From NCBI RefSeq assembly GCF_009914755.1, contig NC_060947.1: a stretch of 64,000 nt of DNA. The stretch is one strand, 5' to 3'. The stretch comes from the human T2T-CHM13v2.0 reference genome, Homo sapiens. Shown here piece after piece: positions 1-40,200 of this stretch (positions within the stretch are counted from its first letter, which is position 1; every line of letters starts with the position of its first letter). The translations under genes and the position numbers were made by a program. The notes beneath the pieces were generated by a model. The model saw only the letters and a program-made list of their open reading frames with translations, was not told where the DNA came from and made no database searches.

Positions 1-790
<790 letters not shown>

Positions 791-2455
791 TCCAAGACCC
801 CAGTGCTTTTCGCCTCCATTAGCAACTACAGGAACATCTTCGTTCATCTCTGTCTCCCCACTTGTGAGATGTTCTCTTTAAGATAAACTCCCGGCAGTGA
901 AGGGTGTGTGCATTTTAAAAGGTCTCAGATATGGCCAAATCATCCCCATTGCAACCTGTGATGGGGACTCTTTCCCATGCCCCTGCCACCACTGGGGAGC
1001 CCTTCTTGTTCATCTCACCAGCTGGAGCCCCCCTCTCTCAGTTTATCTTTGTCTCACACTCACCTGACCTTGCAGGGCTCGGCTCCTTGCTCCACGCCCT
1101 GTCCATGTGGCTTTTGCATCCTGAGGCATGAGTTCCTCTGCTCTGTCTGCCTGCTTTTCTCTATCAACCTGTCACCTTCCCTTCGGGCTCACTTCCTACC
1201 TCTCTGAGGCTCTGTCCGTCTCTGTCTCACTTTCCCTCTCGTCTCTGGTTTCCCTTCTCTGTCTCTCTGTTGCGGTGTCTCTCTCCTGGCTGGGTTTGAT
1301 GTCTGTTTCTCCCTGACCACCTGCTCTGTCACTCATGCTAGTTTGGGTTCCCTACCCTGGTGCCTATTCTGGGATATACATGGGTATGTGGGCAGCCCTG
1401 GGCTGGCACATGCAGCCTTGGAGGCTCTGGCGTCAGGGACCCCCATGAGGGCTACCAGTAAGAACCAGAGAGAGCGACGGTTCCTGGCTTCAGCCCCAAA
1501 CCCTGGCTGTCAATATCAGCCTTGGTGGGAGCCCTAGGCTTCCCTCTCCCTCTCAAACCCTCCCCAGGCAGAAGGCAACTTCCTCCCTTCTTCCGTCTCC
1601 CCAGGGGGCTCCCATACCTGCTCAGACCAGCTTGTCACCAAGTCTGCCTCATCCTTAAGTGGATCGCGATACCCCAGAAGAGCAGCTCCTGCCTGAATAG
1701 GGCTAGGAGGGGAAAAAAAAGAGGAAGAGGCTGTGTTCCTGAGCCACCCGGCCAGGAAGGGCCTGGCTGGGCCGGACGCCCCACCCTTGCCAACAGGCAG
1801 GCCCGCCCCGTCTCCGCCTCGCCGCCAACAAGGAGGACCAGCACCAGGCCTGGGAACTGCTGACCTGCCCGCCCACCTTCCCACCCAGACCCCGCCTTCC
1901 CGGGCCAGCGGGACATGACAGACCTGTGAGTCACTCAAGCCTGGGGCAAGGAGGGGCTGGTGCCTGAGTGAGACCCCGAGCTTCGCTCGCCAGGCCCGTC
2001 GCTCAGCTCCCGGTCTGGGTCCCCAGTCAGCAGTTGCTGGGGAAGGCGCAGGAGCTGGAAGTCATGCCTGATGCCACGAGACCGGGCACCCCAAGGGCGT
2101 GAGTCTTCTGTCCCTGTTGTTGGGTTCTGAGTCCCAGTGTGGCTGCACACTTCTGAGTTAGGGGTGTTTGATGCAAGCGCTCTGGAGACCCAAAGAGAGG
2201 GACAGTCCACACATGATCTGGCCACAGTCGTGAAGTCAAGGGAGGACTGAGGATCTGCCCCAGAGAGGAGGAGACCCAGGGAGCTGGCAGTCCAACGTCC
2301 TGGGGGTCCTGCAGTAATGCTGTTGGGACAAATGAGGTGCTCGGACAGGGTCTGTGAGCAGGAGGTGGGGCTGAATCCACTCAGCTTCTCATGGGATGGC
2401 TGTAGCTAATGGATTCGACGTGGTAATAGAAGGCTGGACAAATTTTAAAAAATCA

Positions 2456-3425
<970 letters not shown>

Positions 3426-3666
3426 TGGCTGCTTAATGCATAGGGGGCTTTCTTTCCGGGTCATGAATATGTTTCAGAACTAGAGGTAGTAGCTGACATT
3501 GTGACTGTATCAGATGGTATAAAATACTGTTTCTTGTATTACATATGATACACAATATGTTTGTATATATTGCTGTATATATTGTATATTTTGCCATACA
3601 GTAGATTATACATTGCTACATACACATAGTATCATGTAGTACTGTAACTATGTCAAATTGTATATG

Positions 3667-13511
<9,845 letters not shown>

Positions 13512-14202
13512 GCCTTGCTTGCTGCCTTCTGGATTCTTGGCCCGCACAGAGCTGGGGCTGAGGGATGGACTGATGCTTTTAGCTCAAACGTGGCTTTTAG
13601 ACAGATTTGTTCATAGACCCTCTCAAGTGCCCTCTCCGAGCTGGTAGGCATTCCAGCTCCTCCGTGCTTCCTCAGTTACACAAAGGACCTCAGCTGCTTC
13701 TCCCACTTGGCCAAGCAGGGAGGAAGAAGCTTAGGCAGGGCTCTCTTTCCTTCTTGCCTTCAGATGTTCTCTCCCAGGGGCTGGCTTCAGGAGGGAGCAT
13801 AGAAGGCAGGTGAGCAACCAGTTGGCTAGGGGAGCAGGGGGCCCACCAGAGCTGTGGAGAGGGGACCCTAAGACTCCTCGGCCTGGCTCCTACCCACCGC
13901 CCTTGCCGAACCAGGAGCTGCTCACTACCTCCTCAGGGATGGCCGTTGGCCACGTCTTCCTTCTGCCTGAGCTTCCCCCCCACCACAGGCCCTTTCCTCA
14001 GGCAAGGTCTGGCCTCAGGTGGGCCGCAGGCGGGAAAAGCAGCCCTTGGCCAGAAGTCAAGCCCAGCCACGTGGAGCCTAGAGTGAGGGCCTGAGGTCTG
14101 GCTGCTTGCCCCCATGCTGGCGCCAACAACTTCTCCATCCTTTCTGCCTCTCAACATCACTTGAATCCTAGGGCCTGGGTTTTCATGTTTTTGAAACAGA
14201 AC

Positions 14203-14208
14203 CATAAA
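14203..14208 (+). terminator. Probable TAZ poly(A) signal, variant hexamer CATAAA
   Basis: I found no AATAAA between the stop codon (13511) and 14829. CATAAA has a U-rich stretch upstream and GU/U-rich sequence downstream. Confidence 0.55.
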
Positions 14209-14915
14209 GCATATGTGTTGGCTTGTTGTAAAATGTCTCTGGCCTCTCTGTAGGGGTGAAAATGGGAAGTGACTGCTGGACAGAAAGGCTGAACCCTTAG
14301 TGCCCTGGGGACATGGAGCACACTTGAGCAGATGGGCATCAACCTCTTCTGCACCAGTCACTTAAGGCTTCAGTTATTGTCTGTAATCCCTGTAACAACA
14401 TTGCAGAAATAGGGATTAATCTCATTTTGCCAAGGAGGTGGAGTGAGGCTAATGAACTTGCTTCAAAACCCAAAGCTAGCCAGGTAGATTGGGGCCACAC
14501 TTCAGAGAGACCCAAGTGTGGAGAATCAATTGGATCCTACCTGGGCTGCATCATAGGTGGGAGAGGAGCTCTGAAGAGCCCGGCAAGTAGCCAGCCATGA
14601 GCAGTGCACGCTGTGATCAGGAGGTAGGATTGGGGTTGCCCAGATGGAGCTGGGGGTCCTGGGTGGGAGCAAAGGCAAATCCAGGGTGGTGGCGTAGACA
14701 CAGTATTAAAAATACTATAACAGAAACGTGGAAAGAAAGAAAATATAGAACCACCAAAGATGAGCCAGCAACAAGAGAAGATTCAGACAACCAGGTCTTT
14801 CAGCAGTGTTGGTGCCTAATTATTTCAAAATAAAAGGTTTTTAAAAAAATGACCAAAAAGGGAAAAAAATTACCTGGGAAAAAACAAACACTTGTAATTA
14901 AATATAGATAGAAGC

Positions 14916-18189
<3,274 letters not shown>

Positions 18190-18404
18190 TTATTTAAAGC
18201 CTCAAAACAGCCAAAACAACACATCCCATCATTTTTAGGAATGCATGCTTAACTGGTCAAACTATAAAGACCAAAGTGATTAGCAAAAGAATCAAGTTCA
18301 TGGTCACATTGGGAAGTGATAGTAAGGGTATGAGAGGGGCTTTCAGGGCAATGATATTCAAATTCTTGACCTGGGTGATGCCATGGAACTGTCTGCTTTG
18401 ATAA

Positions 18405-20454
<2,050 letters not shown>

Positions 20455-20899
20455 GTTAGGGTGTCTTTGATGCCACGCTTCGCTCTGGGTTTTCTCCTTC
20501 CTCTTTGATTGCTCCTTGTCCGATCTCTTTTCTGGACCCTTCTCCTCCTGCCCAATGTAAGTGCTGGGTGTTCCCCTAGATGCTATCCTGAGCCCGCTTC
20601 ACTCCTCGTTCTAAGGGATTACAGTCTCCTCTCACCTGTATCAGGGAGGGTCCATCTGCAGGAAAAAGACACCACTTTTGCAATTTTAAGGAAAAGGATT
20701 AAAACAGGGATTGGCCGGGTGCGGCGATGCGCGCCTGTAGTCCCACTTTTCCGGAGGCTGAGGCGGGAGGATCGCTTGAGCCCGGGGACTCGAGACCAGC
20801 CTGGCCAACATAGCTAGACCCCGTCTCTAAAGAAAAAAAAAAGACAAAAGAAGAGAACAACAACAAAAAAACCAAAATAAAAATAAAAATAAAAACGGA

Positions 20900-28399
<7,500 letters not shown>

Positions 28400-28998
28400 C
28401 CCTGTGCCAGTGGGGGGGTTGAGGGTGGGACGGTGTCCGTGTTGTTGCTTTCCCACCCTGCAGCGCACTGGACTGAAGAGCTTCCCTCTTCCTACTGCAG
28501 CATGAACTGCAAGCTCCCCTCAGCCCATCTTGCTCCCTCTTCAGCCCGCTGAGGAGCTTTCTTGGGCTGCCCCCATCTCTCCCAACAAGGTGTACATATT
28601 CTGCGTAGATGCTAGACCAACCAGCTTCCCAGGGTTCGTCGCTGTGAGGCGTAAGGGACATGAATTCTAGGGTCTCCTTTCTCCTTATTTATTCTTGTGG
28701 CTACATCATCCCTGGCTGTGGATAGTGCTTTTGTGTAGCAAATGCTCCCTCCTTAAGGTTATAGGGCTCCCTGAGTTTGGGAGTGTGGAAGTACTACTTA
28801 ACTGTCTGTCCTGCTTGGCTGTCGTTATCGTTTTCTGGTGATGTTGTGCTAACAATAAGAAGTACACGGGTTTATTTCTGTGGCCTGAGAAGGAAGGGAC
28901 CTCCACGACAGGTGGGCTGGGTGCGATCGCCGGCTGTTTGGCATGTTCCCACCGGGAGTGCCGGGCAGGAGCATGGGGTGCTTGGTTGTTTCCTTCCT

Positions 28999-29009
28999 AA
29001 TAAAATAAA
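28999..29009 (+). terminator. ATP6AP1 poly(A) signal (overlapping AATAAAATAAA)
   Basis: Two overlapping canonical hexamers about 600 nt after the stop codon. Confidence 0.85.
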
Positions 29010-29762
29010 CGCGGGTCGCCATGCGTTGGGCCTCTTGTCGCTCATTTCTGCGCTGGGCTTTAGGCGCGTGCTCGCCGGAGGGATGCGGGAGGATGGAGCC
29101 TGGCGAGGGGGAGGCGAAGAGGCATCCGCGGAGACCGGGAGGGGCTTTAGCAAGCTGGGCCCTAACCGCTCAGGGTAGGGAGGGGCGGTCGGGCCGAGTC
29201 CCGGTGCGCTTCGGCGTCTCAGGAGGCCGTCGTGACAATGGCAGCCTTCGCGTCGTGAGGGGGCCGCCCCAGGCTGCCGCAGCGGCGCGCGCCCGGCCGC
29301 GGGGCCGCGCCGAGACTCCCGGGGGGGTGGGCGGGGGTGGGGAGGTGGGCGGGCGCGCGCGGGGCGGGGCGGGGCGGGGCGCGGCGGGTGGGGCGGGGCG
29401 CGCGCGGCTCCCGCGCACGGATTCTTCCTGGGCCGCAGCACCGGCCGCCGGCCCGCCCCGCCCGCCCCGCCCCGCGCCTCTCTAGACTCTCGGCGAGCAG
29501 CGTCGCCCGCGGAGCCGCGCTGGTGCTGTGGCCCGGGCCCTGGCAGCCCTCCCGGGAGGCGAGCCGGGGAGGCGGTGGCCCCTGCCGGTTGCGGCGGGGC
29601 GCGGGAAGAGGCGGGACTCTTTGACGCGGCGGAGGGGTCGGGCGACGGCCGACGCGCCGCCATCTTTGGTCCAGTGCGGTGGCGGCGGCGGCGGTGGCGG
29701 CGGCGACTGCTGCGGTGAAGGAGGAGGAGGAGCCGAGCGGGCGCTGGCACCGAGGCCTGACC

Positions 29763-35180
<5,418 letters not shown>

Positions 35181-35953
35181 TTGTGGCCGCCCCCAGCCCC
35201 TGCTGCCCCAGCCTGTGTCTGTTCTCCTCGAGGGCTCCAGCATCCTCTGCTTCCCCCACCACGTTCCCATCACCCACCTCATTGATCCACTGACCAAATC
35301 CTTAACCCTAGCGATGGCTTGGGAGATGGGGGGTTGGATAGCATCCTCTTTCTTGGCCCTTCCTTATCCTAGGAAAAGAGGGTTCCTCTCCTTGTGTGTG
35401 TCTCTTCCCCCCACCCCTAATTCTTCTGCTCTGTTTGGGAAGACGTGGAGGAAAAGGTGACTTCTGCCCCCACCGCTCTTACCCCCACTGTAGTGGCCTT
35501 TGGAGATGCCCCCACCTCCCCCCCACCAACTCTCGCGTGTTGGAGAGAAGGGGCCCTCCCAGCACAAAGTTGCATTCCTCCCCCCTAATTTATTCTAATT
35601 TATTAACTTTGACCCACCCTTTCTGAGCCTGCAGCCTTCCCGTGTGGCCTGAGGGCTGTCGAGTGAGCTGCCCCAGCCCCTCCCAGCCCTTGCCCAGCCT
35701 GGGGGAGTGGGGAAGGCTTGGGCATGGCCCCGTTGGAGGTTGATTTGCTGTTTTGTTTCTTGTCTTTGTGTTCTGTGGTACTTGCTGAGAGAAAAGAAAA
35801 GTGAGCCAAGCAGAAGGAGGTGGGAAAACGGACCCAAACCCCAGTGTGCCCTGCCCCATGCCTTTCCTTTAGTGGTGGGAAACCCTTATCTTGCAAAGTG
35901 AATGTGTCCCCTTCCCCACCCTCTAGTGTATTTCACAGAAAACAAAACCTCCC

Positions 35954-35959
35954 AATAAA
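35954..35959 (+). terminator. GDI1 poly(A) signal
   Basis: AATAAA about 770 nt after the stop codon, with an upstream TGTA element. Confidence 0.85.
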
Positions 35960-36429
35960 ACGGTTGAAACCTGAATCTCTGGATCTTGATGGTTATCTCC
36001 CAAAAGCTGGGTACCTGGCAGGGCTTTGGCTGCCTGGGTTGGGGCTCTGGCTTAGCTTCACTCTGGACTGTAAAAGGTGGCATTCTTCACCAGGGAATTC
36101 CTCACCCAGAGCACGCTGGGGCCAAATTGACTTAAAGCTTAAGGCTACCCAGTGAGTCGATGCTGGCACCAGGACTGCAGCCCTCAGTGCTCAATGCAGG
36201 GGGAGTGTGGTGGAGGGCGGGTGTCAACGTGGAGGAAGCAGAGGGAGCGGGGGTCCTGGCCTCTGGCTTGAAAGGAGAGGGCAGAGGGGACCAGGGGCCA
36301 GCCTCGGATGGGATTCTAAGTGAAGCAGGGAGACGGGTGCCAGTTTTCGGCTTAATGCGGGGGAACTAGGGCAGCCAGGGGACCAGCGTTGGGGTCACCA
36401 GGAGGAATTAGAGGGACCGGGGCCCAGCC

Positions 36430-37200
36430 TTGGCTCGGGTTAACGTCGAGGCAGCGCGAGGGGCTGGGGAATTCAGCCTCCGGGGTCCACAGGAGCCGGC
36501 GGCGGGGGCTGGGGCGGGAGTCCACGCAGGACCAGGGGCGGTCTCCGGCGGGGCGGGGCGGGCGGTGGTCACGCTCCGGGCCAGCTGGCGCGCGGCGGGG
36601 CGGGGCATCCGTGCGTCTCCTGGTGGCTGACGTCACGGCGCGGGCGTCAGCTGACTGTTCGGCCGCCACCGCCGCTGCCGCTGCCGCTGTCGCTGTCGCC
36701 GCCGCCGCCGCCCGCCGCCGCCGCCGCCGCCGCCGCCGCTGCCATGGCTCAATACAAGGGCGCCGCGAGCGAGGCCGGCCGCGCCATGCACCTGATGAAG
36801 AAGCGGGAGAAGCAGCGCGAGCAGATGGAGCAGATGAAGCAGCGCATCGCGGAGGTGCGAGCCGGGGAGCCTCGGAGCATGCGCGCTGCCCAGGTCCCCT
36901 GGCGGCCCCGCGCCACGCTCCGGCCCTGGAAGCCCTGGGGCGGTGGCCACGGAGCGCGGGCGGCGCGCCGGGGCAGGCCCCTGGCTCGCTGACTTCCAGC
37001 AGGGCACACAGAAGCAAGCCAGCGACAGTCTCATCTGTGAAATGGGCCTGGAGCCGGGCGTTCTCCGAGGCTGAGGCCACTAGCTGATGACCGGCCTCCG
37101 GCAGGAGGGAGCCGAGCCAGTGTTTCTGTTGGGAGGCACGGCGGGGACGGGCCTCTCGTCGCCTCGCCTGGGCACCCAGCGTCCTGGCTCTGGCCCCTCG
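36430..37200. promoter_or_regulatory. FAM50A CpG-island promoter with a full CRE
   Basis: TGACGTCA at 36628-36635, palindrome GTCAGCTGAC at 36646-36655, several GC boxes. Confidence 0.85.
36661..36743 (+). repeat. Interrupted (GCC/CCG)n trinucleotide repeat in the FAM50A 5'UTR
   Basis: GCC/GCT/GTC triplet run directly abutting the Kozak GCCATGG. Confidence 0.9.
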
Positions 37201-40200
37201 GCCCTCAGAGCCAGGCCTCTGCCCCCTCGGCCCTCAGAGCCAGGCCTCTGCCCTGGTCCTATGGACACCGGGCAGGGCGGTTCGTCTCCCCCTGGAGAGG
37301 CGGGGAGGCCTGAGCCAGACCTGGCAAGTCCACTGGCCAGGAGGCTCCTTCCAGAACCCCTTGCACCTGTGAGGCAGGCACGACCCTCCCGGGTGCCAGC
37401 GGTTCACCCACTGCTTCCGTGAGTGGCCTGTGATGGTGGTGGTCAGGGAAGGAGCGTGGAGGAGCTTGATCCTTTTGGGGAGACTCACTCATCAGGACTC
37501 GGGGCTCCAGGGGAGAGCAGGCTCCTGCCTGGGGAACTGGGGAAGCCTGGCCAGAGGAGCCTTGAAACACCAAGTCCTCATGCCCTGGCCGCACTGTCTG
37601 AGCCGGGGTGCCCAGCAAGCAGAAGGTGTATTTCTCTGCCAGCCACCTTCTTGGGAGACCACTGGTCAGCGAGGGCTTGACATGGTACCAAGTGGGTTGG
37701 GGCTGGGGCCAAAGAGAGGCCTCCTGGGAAGCTGTTGATGACATTCTGGGGCCTGGAGGGAGGAAAATCACTCAGGGAGGGGCCAGGCCCCTCAACCACT
37801 CTGTTCTTGTTTGCCCTCTCCTCATAACCCTTGGCTTGGGTCTCGGAAGCTTCAGCTTAAAGGCTGGAGATGAAAAAGGCCAAAGGTCAGTAGGGTCGGT
37901 GGCTTCAGGCTACTGAGGGACCTGTGATCCCCAGCAGGAGACCTGAAGAGCCAGAGCAGCTCAGGGATGGAAACAGCCCCATTTGGCACTCTTAGCATTT
38001 GAAGAGCCCTGCCCAGCCTCATGGAACCTTCCATCGACAAGGGCACAGGGGCAGATTTGGACTATAACGCAGGTCCTTGATGGCCAGCCTGCCATTTCCA
38101 CAGTGAGGGGTGGTTCTCATGGTGGCTGTCACTCCCCGCAGGAGAACATCATGAAATCCAACATTGACAAGAAGTTCTCTGCGCACTACGACGCGGTGGA
38201 GGCAGAGCTCAAGTCCAGCACCGTGGGTGAGCAGGGTGCGGGTGCCCCTCACCCGGGCCCCGGGCCACTCTTCCGCTGGCCCTGCGACTACCTTGCCCCT
38301 TGTGCCTCCTTGCTTCAAAGGTCTCGTGACCCTGAATGACATGAAGGCCAAGCAGGAGGCTCTGGTGAAGGAGCGGGAGAAGCAGCTGGCCAAGAAGGAG
38401 CAGTCCAAGGAGCTGCAGATGTGGGTCCTCTCGCCGCAGCCCTCAACATGGAGCTAGTGCTTACGGGGTCCCGTGGCTGGTCGGGCTCTTTTTGCACCCT
38501 GGGGGGGACCCTGTCTCCAGCTTTGGGACAGGGGTAGCATCTAGCTTGCGATTTGCATTTCTCTCTCCCGCCTCCTCGGGTCCACGCTCACGTCTTTTCA
38601 CCATGGCGGCTTGTCTTCTTTCTGACCCTCTAAATGCAGTGGGCCCTTTCCCAGCATCCGGTGCCTGAGCAGCCTGCGTTCTCCCCATTGCCAGCCTGTG
38701 CTTGGCTCTCCCCTGTGGCCCTCTGTGCTTGCTGTTTGTAACAGAGCCCTCGCCCATGAGCTCAAAGTGATCCAGGACAGCAGGACCCGTCTGGGGCAAT
38801 GGGGACCCAGCCTGGGCTGGGCAGGCCCCACATAGGGCACACAGGTGGCTCTGGGTCAAGGAAGGGGCTGGGTCAGGGTCGGGAAGGACATGATGTGTGA
38901 TGGGGCCACCTGCACCTCACTAGGAAGCTGGAGAAGCTTCGAGAGAAGGAGCGTAAGAAGGAAGCCAAGCGGAAGATCTCCAGCCTGTCCTTCACCCTGG
39001 AGGAGGAAGAAGAGGGAGGCGAGGAGGAAGAGGAGGCGGCCATGTATGAGGAGGAGATGGAAAGGGAAGGTGAGGGCTGGCTTGAGTCGGAGCCCCGCCC
39101 GCAGCCCCTGGGGAGGGGTCCCCAATGTGAGAGGCTGTCAGCAAAGCTGATGCCCTGTCAAGATGGCTCCAAAAGCTGCCCTCTTGAGGCACCGCGCACA
39201 GTAGACCGGGGAGGGAAGAGGCTGGTCTAGACCAGGCTGGCTGGGCACATTTTCTGTGATGATGGAAATGTTAGAGTCTGTGCCACCCAATATGGTAGCC
39301 ACTTGCCCCAGGTGCCTCGTATGACTGGGGCACTAAATGGTGAATTCTGTTTGATTTGTTTCAGCGTAAATGTATACAGCCACAGAAATTCCGAGGCTAC
39401 TAGTCAGACACTGCAGGTCTCAGCTGTGAGAACAAGGGGCTGTCAGGGAAAGCTCAGGATGGCTGGGGAGTGAGGGTAAAGCCAGCCTGGCCTCCACGTG
39501 TGCCACACACCTGTGCTGTGCCTGGCCAGGGCACATAGGGTGCTGTCCCTCTCCTGGTGGAAGTCACGGGTCACCATGCACTGAAGACACTACTCAGGGT
39601 TACTGCTCTGCTCGGGGCCCACCGGGCTAACCCAGGGGTCAAGGAAGGAGGGGAGGGTTGAGTTAGGCCCTAAGGATGAGGGGAGTTGCATTCGCCAGAG
39701 AGGCAGGAGGGGCGACGAGAAAGTACATGCCAGAAGCCCAGCAGGAAAGAGCTTTTCAAAACGTTTGAAGATTGGGAGCAAGTTGTGTCACGGGCCCCTG
39801 GAGGGTGTGGTGGCAGTTCTGGAAATTGTGTCACCCAGGGAATGGCAGAGGGAGAGAAGCGAGGCAGGGGATGGTGCTGTGTGGCTGTGGTAACAGGCTG
39901 GGTGCCATGGCTTTGAGGGGAGTGCAGGATTGTAGGGAGGAAGAACCTGCCAGCCACCTGCCATTTGGGTTCCATGTTCCAGCAGCCACAGTAAAACATA
40001 GAAAAAGAAACAAGCAGGATTTTAGTATGACATTGTATTTAACCCAGCGTATCCAAAATATCACCATTGCGGCAGGCGCACTAGCTGCAATGCTGGGGTG
40101 CTGTGTGCAGCGGGAGCTACTGGTTTGTGTTTGTGTTTTTGTTTTGGTTGTTGTTGTTTTTGAGACAGTGTCTCCCTGTGGCCCAGGCTGGAGTGCAGAG

